Counted from the stretch's first letter, positions 18,524 through 28,383 are shown. The stretch is 33,934 bases of DNA from a virus (IMGVR_UViG_3300028765_000034:1-33934); one strand, 5' to 3'. Made by a program: numbers and translations. The notes: generated by a model not told the origin, from the sequence alone.

Positions 18524-19443
18524 ACTACTTCCAGCACCACATCGGAGACTATCGCAGGGACACTAGTCACCTCTCCCTGCTTGAGCATGGCGTTTACCGC
18601 CAGCTACTCGATTGGTACTACCTTGACGAGAAACCAATACCCGCCGAAACCCAAGTGGTTTATCGTCGGTTATCGGCAAAAACCGAGTCGGATCAGGCCG
18701 CTGTTGATGCGGTGCTCGCTGACTTCTTTCGACCCACCAAAGAGGGATGGAAGCACAAGAAATGCGAAGAGGTTATCGAGGAGTATCACAAAAACTCTGA
18801 AAAAAATAAGGAAAATGGGAAAAAAGGAGGCCGTCCTCCAAAAGAGAAAAATAACCCACAAGAAACCCAGTCGGTTATTGTTGGGTTGCCAGAACAAACC
18901 GAATCAAAAGGCAACCAAGAACCATTAACCAATAAACCAGAAACCAAAGAACCACAAACCAGTCTACCCCCTAAGCCCCCAAGGGGGCGAGAGAGTGACT
19001 TCGAGACTTTTTGGGCGGCATACCCCCGAAAGGTTGGAAAGGATGCGGCTCGCCGCTGTTGGATGAAAAAGAAGAACCTTCCGCCTGTTGAGAATGTTCT
19101 GGCTGCTGTGAAGAAGCAGGTGAGGTCTCAAGAGTGGCAGCGCGATAGCGGACAGTTCATCCCTCACCCGGCAACTTGGATCAATCAAGGTCGATGGGAC
19201 GATGGCGGAATGGACTACCAAGCGCTCTCGGGCAAGCCTCAGCGGGCCGCATCACCACCAGCCCCACAGGGGCCTTCGGTTGAAGAGCAACGCGAGGCGC
19301 TGGCGCAGGAGTGGTTTAACAAACAAACATTCGCCTCCGCTCCGCTTCCTCACAAAGATTGGCCACCAGAGCTCAAAAAACAGTATGAGGATTATCTGGC
19401 CGCCGAGATGGCTGAAGCATTTGCAAAAATCCGCCGATCATGA
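18520..19443 (+). CDS. YdaU/DUF1376-family replication initiator
   Basis: NYFQHHIGDY...HLSLLEHGVY..LLD.YY; C-terminal FETFWAAYPRKVGK...IPHPATWINQGRW. Confidence 0.88.
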   Translation: MNYFQHHIGDYRRDTSHLSLLEHGVYRQLLDWYYLDEKPIPAETQVVYRRLSAKTESDQAAVDAVLADFFRPTKEGWKHKKCEEVIEEYHKNSEKNKENGKKGGRPPKEKNNPQETQSVIVGLPEQTESKGNQEPLTNKPETKEPQTSLPPKPPRGRESDFETFWAAYPRKVGKDAARRCWMKKKNLPPVENVLAAVKKQVRSQEWQRDSGQFIPHPATWINQGRWDDGGMDYQALSGKPQRAASPPAPQGPSVEEQREALAQEWFNKQTFASAPLPHKDWPPELKKQYEDYLAAEMAEAFAKIRRS

Positions 19444-19964
19444 GTAGAAAACTCGACGCTGTAAAAAACCTTGCCCTCCACCCCGGAACCGGGGAAACGG
19501 AGTGGCAAGCTGCTGCGATCGCATACTTCCGAATCCTCCGGGCCAATGGAGGCAAGGAGCCAGTTGATAAACCGCAGGGCGTTCGCATGGAGCACCCCAT
19601 GCATCAAAACCCTGATCCATGGTATCCATTTGGTCAGGCAAGTGCCAAGGCAGATGCGGAGGCACGAACACATCACCACTTTTATAAATCGCCCGAGGAG
19701 CAGGCGAGGGAGGCAGGTAATTTGCGCAGGCAGCGCGAGGATAATGCCGCACGGAAACGTCGAGACGCTGAAGAGGAATTTGCGAAGTGGAAAGAAGGAC
19801 AGCGCAAAAAGGATGAGGAGAACAAATTCTCAAAACCATTTTCCGAGACGTGGAATGGAGGTGTAAGACATGAGACCGCAACCGAAGCTAATATAAGGCA
19901 AGAGAATGCAGAGATTGCACGCCGCGTTATGGAAGACATTTACCGTCGCGCAAATGGCGGTTAA
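19440..19964 (+). CDS. Hypothetical protein
   Basis: ATGA overlap. Confidence 0.65.
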   Translation: MSRKLDAVKNLALHPGTGETEWQAAAIAYFRILRANGGKEPVDKPQGVRMEHPMHQNPDPWYPFGQASAKADAEARTHHHFYKSPEEQAREAGNLRRQREDNAARKRRDAEEEFAKWKEGQRKKDEENKFSKPFSETWNGGVRHETATEANIRQENAEIARRVMEDIYRRANGG

Positions 19965-20020
19965 AAATAATTGAAAATAGTTGTTGCCATTCAAACCCAA
20001 GCGACTATCTTAAATCTCGA
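19963..20020 (+). promoter_or_regulatory. Promoter of the repeated family
   Basis: AAAAATAATTGAAAATA, TTGCCA(19984)-N16-TATCTT(20006), AACCCAAGC in the spacer, TCTCG downstream. Confidence 0.7.
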
Positions 20021-20058
20021 ACGAGGGAAACCTCACAACAACCAAGGAAACACACATC

Positions 20059-20217
20059 ATGAACGGACACGCATCAAACATCTACACCGCAGACGGACTT
20101 CCTCACAAAGTCACTCACGGAGACTACCTATCCAGCCTCAAGCTGGAAAAACGCAAGAAGGTTGCGGAGCGAGCCCAGAAGGCATCTGCTCTCGCCAACA
20201 AGTTCCGGGCAGAGTAA
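20059..20217 (+). CDS. Small hypothetical protein (52 aa; not in the ORF track)
   Basis: MNGHASNIY...KFRAE, directly after the promoter. Confidence 0.55.
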   Translation: MNGHASNIYTADGLPHKVTHGDYLSSLKLEKRKKVAERAQKASALANKFRAE

Positions 20218-20232
20218 TCATTTCTCCATGAT

Positions 20233-20288
20233 GCACGGGGTCGCTCCCTGTTCTCCAAAATAGCGTGACAGCCGGGAAAGTACCGGCA
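20233..20288 (+). ncRNA. Candidate two-hairpin RNA element
   Basis: ACGGGG-tcgct-CCCTGT, then GTGACA-GCCGG-gaaagta-CCGGC. Confidence 0.4.
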
Positions 20289-20310
20289 CTAATTTCAATC
20301 AATAAATCCA

Positions 20311-20790
20311 ATGAGCAGATCAGTATCACACCACCCATACGCCATCGCAAAGGCGTACCTTTCGTTTGAGCTGGGCGACCACCTCGGAGACTGGACAGAT
20401 TTTCTGTATTACATTCGTGATGTTTTCACAGGTAAAGCGGGTCTCGAAATCAACATCGCGGGACAAAAAATCACCCATTTTCCGGCGATGGAAGAAGTGG
20501 ATTCATGGGAGGGCAGGGAAACCAATATAATCCTTCAGGGGGAGCTATCCGAAATCTCCGTCAGTACGTATGGAGGAATCGCCCGTGTTTCACTATCTCC
20601 GATCGACCCGGACGACACCCATCACGTCATGGCATGCCATCACGCCGGGGCTGCGTTCCAAGCATTCATGCTGGCAGCATTCCCTGCAACCTCTTTGAAA
20701 AAAGTAGGAACTTTTTCAAGTGGCGAGGAAGTTTTCACGCGGATCAACCCAGAGCCACCAGTGGTCGCTCCACAACAACAAGACGCATGA
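20311..20790 (+). CDS. Hypothetical protein
   Basis: AATAAATCCA leader. Confidence 0.7.
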   Translation: MSRSVSHHPYAIAKAYLSFELGDHLGDWTDFLYYIRDVFTGKAGLEINIAGQKITHFPAMEEVDSWEGRETNIILQGELSEISVSTYGGIARVSLSPIDPDDTHHVMACHHAGAAFQAFMLAAFPATSLKKVGTFSSGEEVFTRINPEPPVVAPQQQDA

Positions 20791-21161
20791 GTAAACGCGA
20801 TACATCAACCGTGCTACTGGTACACAGCCAGCACATCCCAAAAGAGACCATTATGCCGAAAGGTGTGGAGGTCGCAGCGTGGCAGGAGATTCTGGAGCGA
20901 TTACAGCCCCATGAGCACTTTGTCGGCTGCAACCCATTCACTGAGACGGGCAAGTCAAACAACCGCATCTGGGTGGCATCACAGCGCGGCAGGCTGTGTC
21001 CTGTGTTCGTATCAGCTCACACCAAAATCATCGACGCGGTGAAAAAAGTGCGGCAGTTGAATCGTATTTACCCGCGCTATATTGGATCGACCCCAATAGG
21101 AGGATTGTTCGAGGCTTCTGATGTGCCTGAATCCCCGGCAACCGAGGAAACCGGACTGTGA
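20787..21161 (+). CDS. Hypothetical protein
   Basis: ATGA overlap start. Confidence 0.6.
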   Translation: MSKRDTSTVLLVHSQHIPKETIMPKGVEVAAWQEILERLQPHEHFVGCNPFTETGKSNNRIWVASQRGRLCPVFVSAHTKIIDAVKKVRQLNRIYPRYIGSTPIGGLFEASDVPESPATEETGL

Positions 21162-21286
21162 AAGCAACCAAATCCAAAATCATGGCCAAGATTGGCCGAA
21201 AGGGAGGACGAAGCAAATCCCCAATTAAACAGGCAACCGCCATCCTAAATGGACGTAAGGGAGGCAGGCCCAAGAAAAAGAAATGA
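21158..21286 (+). CDS. Tiny basic KGG-repeat protein (42 aa)
   Basis: GRKGGRS...NGRKGGRPKKKK; overlaps neighbouring genes on both sides. Confidence 0.6.
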   Translation: MKATKSKIMAKIGRKGGRSKSPIKQATAILNGRKGGRPKKKK

Positions 21287-21567
21287 GGCGATCACCATTA
21301 ACTCGTAAGACACCCATGAAGCGAGTGTCTGACAAGATGAAGGTGAAAAACGCCGAGTACAAAAAACTCCGATTAATCTATCTCAATGAAAACCCTATCT
21401 GCGAAGCCTGTAAAGCCTCACCAGCCCAAGAGCTTCACCATAAAAGTTCCCGGGGTATCAATCATAACAATACCGCCACTTTTTGCGCGACGTGTAGCGC
21501 CTGCCACCGCAAAATCCACAACCATCCAAGCTGGGCTAGAGAAAACGGATTCCTCGTACGAGCCTGA
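21283..21567 (+). CDS. HNH endonuclease
   Basis: CEAC...ELHH...N...CSACHRKIH. Confidence 0.85.
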   Translation: MRRSPLTRKTPMKRVSDKMKVKNAEYKKLRLIYLNENPICEACKASPAQELHHKSSRGINHNNTATFCATCSACHRKIHNHPSWARENGFLVRA

Positions 21568-21739
21568 ACGCGACCACTGCCTATGGGTTGGAGATCAGGA
21601 CGGATTTATGCGAACAGAATGCGAGAACATCTTTTGCTTCGACGAGGAGTTTAATCCATCCATGCAATATCGCTATTGCCCCGGATGCAGTAAACCGATT
21701 TGTGTGACATCGCAAGACCACGAACCAGACATCGACTAA
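21386..21739 (+). CDS. Small Cys-containing protein (true start probably near 21560)
   Basis: C.W...TECE...YCPGCSKPI. Start codon uncertain. Confidence 0.45.
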   Translation: MKTLSAKPVKPHQPKSFTIKVPGVSIITIPPLFARRVAPATAKSTTIQAGLEKTDSSYEPERDHCLWVGDQDGFMRTECENIFCFDEEFNPSMQYRYCPGCSKPICVTSQDHEPDID

Positions 21740-21952
21740 ATGAGCTTTCACCACACCAAATGCAAAGGCGAGATCATAAGGAGCGATCCATCTCCAGACG
21801 CCATTACGCGTGTTCTACGCGAGCGGACACACTGGTGCAATTGCTCCAACTGGAAGATTCAGCCAAATGGGTACTACAAAGTCTTCAGATATGGATTCTG
21901 GGAGGAGCCAGAGAGCGGTGAGGTAATGGAGGTTCAAAGAAGGAAAAAATAA
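21740..21952 (+). CDS. Hypothetical protein
   Basis: Packed ORF. Confidence 0.55.
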   Translation: MSFHHTKCKGEIIRSDPSPDAITRVLRERTHWCNCSNWKIQPNGYYKVFRYGFWEEPESGEVMEVQRRKK

Positions 21953-22007
21953 AACTTGAAGACGCTTGGGATATGCCCATAGTCAAAACCATCAATCAAT
22001 AAATCTC

Positions 22008-22274
22008 ATGAACCCGATCATCCTCATCATTGTATGGCCGCTCATCTGGAATACCGTCATATGGCCTATGCCAAAACCTGATCCAACGCCGAAGGCAAAG
22101 CCGACACCACCCAGCCATTCAAGGGCGATACCTACGCCTATTCCTACTCCTCGACCAACGCCGACACCCAAGCCAACGCCAACGCCAACTCCACCAAACA
22201 TCCTAATCAAACAAGTCTGCCCTCCGGGCAACCCAACGCCAGCCACATCGCGACTAACACCGTTCAGCAACTAA
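22008..22274 (+). CDS. Membrane-anchored Pro-Thr-repeat protein
   Basis: Hydrophobic N-terminus followed by a PTPTP tract. Confidence 0.6.
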   Translation: MNPIILIIVWPLIWNTVIWPMPKPDPTPKAKPTPPSHSRAIPTPIPTPRPTPTPKPTPTPTPPNILIKQVCPPGNPTPATSRLTPFSN

Positions 22275-22283
22275 CCTAATAAA

Positions 22284-22784
22284 ATGAAAATAACACATAA
22301 AATCACAGGCGCGACTCTATTTGAGTCAGAAGCCGAAACGATGAAGCAGCTTTTAGAATACGCACACCTTGGAGACGCAGACCTTGGAGGCGCAGACCTT
22401 AGAGACGCAGACCTTGTAGGCGCAGACCTTAGAGGCGCATACCTTGGAGACGCATACCTTGGAGGCGCAGACCTTAGAGACGCAAAATTGCCATACGCTC
22501 CCAAGATCGAAAACATTGATTCAAGGATTCTGGCAGCTATTGAGTCTGGCGGCTCTCTAAACATGGGACAATGGCACTCATGCGAAACCACCCATTGCAG
22601 AGCAGGGTGGGCCATTCACCTAACAGGAGAGGCTGGAAAAGTTCTTGAGGATCAAATTGGGTCAGCCAATGCAGCAGTTTTGATCTACATGGCAAGTCGA
22701 GGGAGTTTCCCTAATTTCTATGCCGACGATGCAACGGCTATGGCTGATATTAAGGCGTGTGCAGCTAAGGAGAAGAGAGAATAG
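22284..22784 (+). CDS. Second pentapeptide-repeat protein
   Basis: Eight 15-bp units at 22362-22481; C-terminal [14 protein letters not shown]. Confidence 0.85.
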   Translation: MKITHKITGATLFESEAETMKQLLEYAHLGDADLGGADLRDADLVGADLRGAYLGDAYLGGADLRDAKLPYAPKIENIDSRILAAIESGGSLNMGQWHSCETTHCRAGWAIHLTGEAGKVLEDQIGSANAAVLIYMASRGSFPNFYADDATAMADIKACAAKEKRE

Positions 22785-22786
22785 CT

Positions 22787-23035
22787 ATGAACCCCTCACC
22801 CATCAAAGAAATGAGCTGCACCAAACTTACTAATCACGAGAAAAACGCCATCGCTGTATTGAAGAATATAGCTAAAGCATGGCCTAAATCACTTTGGCTG
22901 TTTTCTGGGGGTGGAACTCTTCATGTAATGAAAGTTGGCAAGAATGGCGGCAAGGTGGTGACGAATACCGGCGCATTCGACCCTGACTACTCAGTTGCGA
23001 CTATCAACATAGAAAACGATGGAGGGGACTGGTAA
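22787..23035 (+). CDS. Hypothetical protein
   Basis: Ends in NDGGDW. Confidence 0.65.
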   Translation: MNPSPIKEMSCTKLTNHEKNAIAVLKNIAKAWPKSLWLFSGGGTLHVMKVGKNGGKVVTNTGAFDPDYSVATINIENDGGDW

Positions 23036-23036
23036 C

Positions 23037-23429
23037 ATGACAACTGAAATCACGCCGGAGAAATGCCCTCCTGATACTTGCCCCAAGTGTGGATCAAAAT
23101 ATAAAACATCAACCGTTTTTGACGGATGCCATCTACATTATTACAAATGCGATACCATTTACAACCGAAACGAGTTAAACTCTCGAACACCCCTCTGCCG
23201 CGCACTTGAGCGAGCGCAGAAAGCGGAAGCGGAGCTAAAACTTCAAACCGGAAGAGTAGCCGTGCTTCTTGGAACCATCAAGGAAAGGGATTTGCTGAAA
23301 TCCGAGAACGCCAAGCTGCGAGGGATTGCGGATAGACTTATTCAGTATATCAGGGACTCGGACAATGATTACACTGCCGATGTTTTCCGCGCCGAGTACG
23401 AACAACTAACCAGAAACGACAATGAGTGA
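23037..23429 (+). CDS. Zn-ribbon plus coiled-coil hypothetical protein
   Basis: CPKCG...C...C. Confidence 0.6.
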   Translation: MTTEITPEKCPPDTCPKCGSKYKTSTVFDGCHLHYYKCDTIYNRNELNSRTPLCRALERAQKAEAELKLQTGRVAVLLGTIKERDLLKSENAKLRGIADRLIQYIRDSDNDYTADVFRAEYEQLTRNDNE

Positions 23430-23766
23430 TAAAACGCCAAGGACTGAACGCGAGTTCCACGACATCCATATCAGACATGAGGTGGCGCACTTGCTCGCCT
23501 TCCGTGAGGCAAAATGCTTTAGCGAGAAACTAGAGTCAGAACTCGCCGCCGCAAACGAACGCGCCGAGGCATACAAGCAAGTTGCGGAGGAGTTGGGTAA
23601 AACTCTATGGGGATGCTATACAAGGCTGAGAATCGCTCTCGGAGAATCCATTGGGGAAATCATTGATATTCCTGAAGCGCCTTCACGGCGCGACAATATC
23701 AAGGCTATTGGTGCAGCCCTCGACAAACTCGAAGCCATCAACCAACTCAAAAAGGAGATCAAATGA
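23422..23766 (+). CDS. Hypothetical coiled-coil protein
   Basis: SDKTPRT start, packed ORF. Confidence 0.6.
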   Translation: MSDKTPRTEREFHDIHIRHEVAHLLAFREAKCFSEKLESELAAANERAEAYKQVAEELGKTLWGCYTRLRIALGESIGEIIDIPEAPSRRDNIKAIGAALDKLEAINQLKKEIK

Positions 23767-24176
23767 CAACTGAAACACCAACGCAAGAGGCTCTTGCTAA
23801 ATTTAAGGGGCCGTTTCGGTACGATGATGAAATTATCTTAGAGGTAATTGATTCAGAAGGAAATCCCGTCGCCTTTCCATCCTCTTTTGATAACGAAAGT
23901 GACGAAGAGGCAAAACTTATCGGCACCGCAATAGCCGACTTCCTCAACCAGCAGGTGAAGAGGGATGTTTATACGGTCGATAAAGAAACGGAATTGCTCT
24001 ATCCGATCATCAGGAAAAACGGCGAGTTTTTTATGGCGATTCACTCAGGAGAAGATGACGCAAAGATCATCACAGACAAGCTTAATCGGCTCGCGGGAGG
24101 TCATCGCTCGGAATTTATCTGCGAACGATGCCTACTTAGACAGGACGACACATTCCCCAAAAATCATGACTTCTAA
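23763..24176 (+). CDS. Hypothetical protein
   Basis: ATGA overlap. Confidence 0.6.
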   Translation: MTTETPTQEALAKFKGPFRYDDEIILEVIDSEGNPVAFPSSFDNESDEEAKLIGTAIADFLNQQVKRDVYTVDKETELLYPIIRKNGEFFMAIHSGEDDAKIITDKLNRLAGGHRSEFICERCLLRQDDTFPKNHDF

Positions 24177-24477
24177 AGAACCCCACATCCACATTGTAGG
24201 ACACGAGAGTGACTACGACGACTCGCATGTCATCCATGAGACTGAGGATGACTTCTATCGCTACTCATCTCCCGACATCAACTTCTACAAGTTCTGTCCA
24301 GAATGCGGGGCGCTGAACAATACCAAGTTCAGGGGTAAGCGGTGGGATCGGTATCATCAGAGGAAAGCGAAGAAGCAGAAGCCTTATGTCCCGACCGGGA
24401 AAGAGGTGCCGAGTCCATTTTTTAGGTGCATTGAGAGAGGGGAGCTGCCCGGAGGCATGGAGGGAAGGAAAAAATGA
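24166..24477 (+). CDS. Hypothetical protein (FCPECG)
   Basis: ATG at 24166. Confidence 0.55.
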   Translation: MTSKEPHIHIVGHESDYDDSHVIHETEDDFYRYSSPDINFYKFCPECGALNNTKFRGKRWDRYHQRKAKKQKPYVPTGKEVPSPFFRCIERGELPGGMEGRKK

Positions 24478-24674
24478 AGGCTGCCATAATAGACCTGACT
24501 CAAGTCCTCAGAGAGATGCTCGACGAGTACCGGGAGCAGAGAAATTTCTATTGCGACATCCCAGACTGCTACGATCAGTGCGTTCATCACCTGCATACCC
24601 AGAAGGGAATCATCAGGCGTTGTGCCAAGCACAAAGGTATGGATGTCATCGCAGTGCCGCACCTTCCGTCGTAA
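24474..24674 (+). CDS. Small Cys/His protein
   Basis: CDIPDC...CAKH. Confidence 0.55.
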   Translation: MKAAIIDLTQVLREMLDEYREQRNFYCDIPDCYDQCVHHLHTQKGIIRRCAKHKGMDVIAVPHLPS

Positions 24675-24781
24675 AGTAAGACATTGACACCTGTAGCCAC
24701 GCAGGATAACGGTAGCTCTCGGGAATCAAGGGTACTCAAAACCCGTCAAGCATAAAAGTCAATCCATTAAATCATAACAGT

Positions 24782-25342
24782 GTGGCACCTCGAAAAAAAA
24801 AGACACCAGAACCCGATCAACAGGAGAGAAGGCTTGTCGTTTATGTGCCATCCACCAAGCATGGAGTACGCAATCCTGACGCCGAAGTAAATCAGCGCGT
24901 TGGTGCCGTGATAAAGCTCTTGCTCGAAGGTGAGCCTTATTCTGAAATCGTGTCGAAATGCAGCGAATGGTACGGGGTTTGCTCAAGGACGACAGATCGA
25001 TACATCAAGGCTGGCAACGAGAAGATCAGGGAGGTTATGAAACATGAGATTAAATCAATCGCATCTATCAACATTAACTATCTACGTTATACTGCTAAGT
25101 TAGCTGAGAAGATGGGACAGCCGGGAGTCTGTGTTTCTGCCATCAAGGAAATCAACTCCATGCTTGGCATAGGCCCGGACACAATCACTGCATCGGACAA
25201 GTTCGGAAATTCGATCACGTTCAACCTAACTCGCCGGCACAACATTGATACCGAACAAGTGGACGGTATGGGCGATGACTCGATAGACGTTGAGATTGAG
25301 GAGGACAACAGCGATCTACCAACTGGGCTGATACCGCTATGA
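24782..25342 (+). CDS. terS: Probable terminase small subunit
   Basis: HTH-like segment (YSEIV...YGVCSRTTDRYI) and acidic tail, immediately upstream of terL. Confidence 0.55.
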   Translation: MAPRKKKTPEPDQQERRLVVYVPSTKHGVRNPDAEVNQRVGAVIKLLLEGEPYSEIVSKCSEWYGVCSRTTDRYIKAGNEKIREVMKHEIKSIASININYLRYTAKLAEKMGQPGVCVSAIKEINSMLGIGPDTITASDKFGNSITFNLTRRHNIDTEQVDGMGDDSIDVEIEEDNSDLPTGLIPL

Positions 25343-27225
25343 GAAAGCCATTGACCAAGAAGAGAGCCGTCATCATGGCTCACAACATCCGAGCTCAATA
25401 CGAGGGCTACAAAGAGCAGGGCATGCTCGCTGCCGCGAAATACATTCTACTCTACGCGGTTGAGCATCCAGAGGAAGACAAGGACGATAAGACCCTCGAC
25501 TATGCCGAGGCCGAGAACGTCGTGCGATCATTCATCAAGCACCTCCTCAATAATAACCAGTTTGAGGCAGCCGCCGTGCTCATGTGGGGCAAGCAGGTAT
25601 TCAACTACGAGCCAAAGAGCGTACGAGACGTCTGGAGGTGTTGCGAGCAGTACGACAAGCTGCTGATCCCCGGCTCTGGAGCCATGGGTAAGTCTTACAA
25701 TGTGGGCGCAAAGTTCTACCTCGAGTGGTGGAAAGACCCAGAGTACACCTGCATCAAGGTCGTCAGCGCCACCAAGGAGCACGCCAAGACGAACATTTTC
25801 GCCTCCATGCAGAACTTTCACCGGCTGGCAATCTTGAGGCCCAAAGGCTGTGAGAGCCACGAGGCCGCTGAATCGATCAAGTGCAACTCAGACGAGAAGC
25901 AGGGCATTCACCTCATGGCTATCGCAAAGGGCGAGAGTGGAGCTGGTGTGCTGCGTGGATTCCATCCTGTTCCCCGCCAAGGAGAACCCCACCCGGAGTT
26001 CGGCATACTCTCCCGGGTGTTCGCGCTTCTGGATGAGGCCGAGGCAATCCCGTTCGGATGCTGGGAAGGTGTCAACAACATCGCATCCACGATCGACAGC
26101 TCATCCAAGAGCGGGCAAATCAAGATTGTGGCAGCGAGCAACCCAAAGAACCGAGCCAGCGACTTTGGGCAGCGATGCGAGCCGGTTGGCGGATGGACGA
26201 TGATTGATAAAGAGACAGACCTCGAATGGACAAGCAAGGAGGGCTATCACGTCCTGCGGCTGGACGCTGCACAGAGCGAGAACGTCATCCAAAAGAAGAT
26301 GATCTATGAGGGCTTCCAAACATACGACGGTTACATGGCGTATCTTCAGGCCGGGAGAACTGCGGAAAGCGACACCATGGCCCGGGGATGGTTCCCCGCC
26401 GAGGGTACAGCAATGTGCATCATCACCCCAGCCATGTTCGAAAACTCGATCGGCATCTACCGCTTCATCGGGCCGGTCGTCCCATTGACAGGCATCGATC
26501 TAGCCCTAGAAGGCAACGACAATATGGTGGCGGCTCATGGCCGATTCGGACTTGTGGATGGATGGACGCCACAGTCAGGAAAGATCATTGCCTTCAACGA
26601 GCCGAGGGTAGGACTCCAGCTCGACGGGCTGGTGATGTTTCCGAAAGGCGATACCGTGAAGCAGACCAATGCCATCAAAGACTTTTGTAAGACAATGCGC
26701 ATCAAGCCTGGTTGGTGCTGCGTCGATCGTACCGGCAATGGATCGGGAGTACACGACTGCCTGCGTAACGACATCCACTTCGGAGAAGATGTGATGGGAG
26801 TCAACTACGGTGAGGCAGCGACAGACAGCCGCGTGATGGCAGACGACGCCAAGACATGCCAAGAACAGTACGACGGGATCGTGACCGAACTGATCTTCGC
26901 ATTGGCGAGATTCTTGGAGTTTGGCTACATCAAGATCAGTCCGTCATTCAGGAATGAAGAGCTGTCCAAGCAATGTGTGAGTCGCCGGTACAAGCAGAAG
27001 GGCAAGGGCCTCAATCGCGTGGAGCCGAAGAAGGAGTACATGCACCGCCTTCAAGCCAAGAGCCCGGACGCGATGGACGCTGTCAGCTTGATGGTTCACT
27101 TGTTCCGCATGAAGTCTGGCGAGATTGGATCGATGACTCCGCAGAAACCACCACAGAGAGAGGATCGCCAGCGCGAGCAGTTTGATGTTGGGAAACTCGA
27201 TTTCATTGATTTCTCAGGTGATTAA
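25339..27225 (+). CDS. terL: Terminase large subunit
   Basis: Walker A GSGAMGKS, Walker B LLDEA, ASNP, nuclease motifs GIDLA, DRTGNG, SPDAMDA. Confidence 0.9.
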   Translation: MRKPLTKKRAVIMAHNIRAQYEGYKEQGMLAAAKYILLYAVEHPEEDKDDKTLDYAEAENVVRSFIKHLLNNNQFEAAAVLMWGKQVFNYEPKSVRDVWRCCEQYDKLLIPGSGAMGKSYNVGAKFYLEWWKDPEYTCIKVVSATKEHAKTNIFASMQNFHRLAILRPKGCESHEAAESIKCNSDEKQGIHLMAIAKGESGAGVLRGFHPVPRQGEPHPEFGILSRVFALLDEAEAIPFGCWEGVNNIASTIDSSSKSGQIKIVAASNPKNRASDFGQRCEPVGGWTMIDKETDLEWTSKEGYHVLRLDAAQSENVIQKKMIYEGFQTYDGYMAYLQAGRTAESDTMARGWFPAEGTAMCIITPAMFENSIGIYRFIGPVVPLTGIDLALEGNDNMVAAHGRFGLVDGWTPQSGKIIAFNEPRVGLQLDGLVMFPKGDTVKQTNAIKDFCKTMRIKPGWCCVDRTGNGSGVHDCLRNDIHFGEDVMGVNYGEAATDSRVMADDAKTCQEQYDGIVTELIFALARFLEFGYIKISPSFRNEELSKQCVSRRYKQKGKGLNRVEPKKEYMHRLQAKSPDAMDAVSLMVHLFRMKSGEIGSMTPQKPPQREDRQREQFDVGKLDFIDFSGD

Positions 27226-27278
27226 AAATAGTCGAAAATAAAGTTGACGGCGATATTGCTTGGGTTATTGTAATCTCA
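27224..27278 (+). promoter_or_regulatory. Promoter of the repeated family
   Basis: TTGACG(27244)-N16-TATTGT(27266), GCTTGGGTT abutting the -10, TCTC downstream. Confidence 0.7.
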
Positions 27279-27292
27279 ATCAATAAATACCA

Positions 27293-27481
27293 ATGAAACT
27301 CGCTCGATCAAAATCACAAATCAACTCGGCGCTCAAGAGAGCTGGAATACCTTTAGAAATCCAGAATAACCGCGGCGGATATTCGTATTTTACAGACATG
27401 GAGGGCAATCAAGTCGGAGAATCGGTAATGGTTTGCTATTTGTCTCAGATTTCAGTGGGGGCGTGGATTGCTGAGGCATAA
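27293..27481 (+). CDS. Hypothetical protein
   Basis: First ORF after the promoter. Confidence 0.6.
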   Translation: MKLARSKSQINSALKRAGIPLEIQNNRGGYSYFTDMEGNQVGESVMVCYLSQISVGAWIAEA

Positions 27482-27495
27482 AACCGAATTGAAAA

Positions 27496-27687
27496 ATGAA
27501 ATTATCACAGAAAAAGACCTGCAATGAGTGTAAGGCGCTTGGAGGCTTCAGCTATCGCCCTGTATGCTTGCTTGGATTTTCCATAAAGGCAGGAAAGCGT
27601 CAATTTGATGCGGCGGTTCCTATGGAGCCATGCCAAAAGCCAAAAACAACCACGGGTCTTGTTTCTCTATTGAACAAGCGCCGATAA
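27496..27687 (+). CDS. Small Cys-rich protein
   Basis: KTCNECKA...C.LG...P.EPC.KP. Confidence 0.6.
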   Translation: MKLSQKKTCNECKALGGFSYRPVCLLGFSIKAGKRQFDAAVPMEPCQKPKTTTGLVSLLNKRR

Positions 27688-27704
27688 TACAACCAATAAA
27701 TCCA

Positions 27705-28316
27705 ATGGCCCTACAGCAATACACTATAAAACAAATTTCCTATACCGAGGCAATGAAGCTGGTGGTGGAAAGGCACTATCTGCATCGCAGGTGCCCGTGC
27801 AGCATAGCCTTCGGGCTGTTTCTGGGCGAGGAGATAAAGGGGGTTGTTTGTTACGGTACGCCCAGCAGCTCGTCATTAAGGTGTGGAATTGCTGGCCCAG
27901 AGAATGCAAAAAATGTCATAGAGCTGACTCGCCTTTGGGTGTGCGATTCTGTTCCGAAAAATGGAGAGTCATTCCTCATTGGGAACACAGTGCGGAAATC
28001 TGGAAAGGAGATCGTGGTTTCGTATGCAGAGATAAATCAAGGACACTTGGGTGTTGTTTATCAGGCAACGAATTGGATTTACACCGGTCTTTCCGCAAAG
28101 CGGACGAATTGGACAATTGCAGGAATAGATAAGCACTGCCAAACCATAGCGGACAAATATACAGCGGAGGAGATACGCCAGAAATACGGAGATAGATTCA
28201 GCCTGCAAGAGCGCCCAAGAAAGCACAGATATGTTTTCATCAACGCATCCAAGCCCAGAAAGAATAAGTTGCTTTCCGTGCTGCGATACCCCGTACTTCC
28301 ATATCCAAAAAAATAA
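27705..28316 (+). CDS. mom: Mom-like (GNAT-fold) adenine DNA modification enzyme
   Basis: HYLHR, GVVCYGTP, ELTRLW, KNGESFLI, VSYA...GH.G.VYQATNWIYTG, KHRY. Confidence 0.85.
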   Translation: MALQQYTIKQISYTEAMKLVVERHYLHRRCPCSIAFGLFLGEEIKGVVCYGTPSSSSLRCGIAGPENAKNVIELTRLWVCDSVPKNGESFLIGNTVRKSGKEIVVSYAEINQGHLGVVYQATNWIYTGLSAKRTNWTIAGIDKHCQTIADKYTAEEIRQKYGDRFSLQERPRKHRYVFINASKPRKNKLLSVLRYPVLPYPKK

Positions 28317-28383
28317 TCCAAAAATACCTTTGAAAACCCAAGCGATATTTGGGAGAGATGGATCGCAACCAATCAATAAAACT

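Noticed and set aside
21305-21312. GTAAGACA copies at 21305 and ~19863 as promoters
   Set aside because: Inside coding sequence, without a correctly spaced -35; may be chance.
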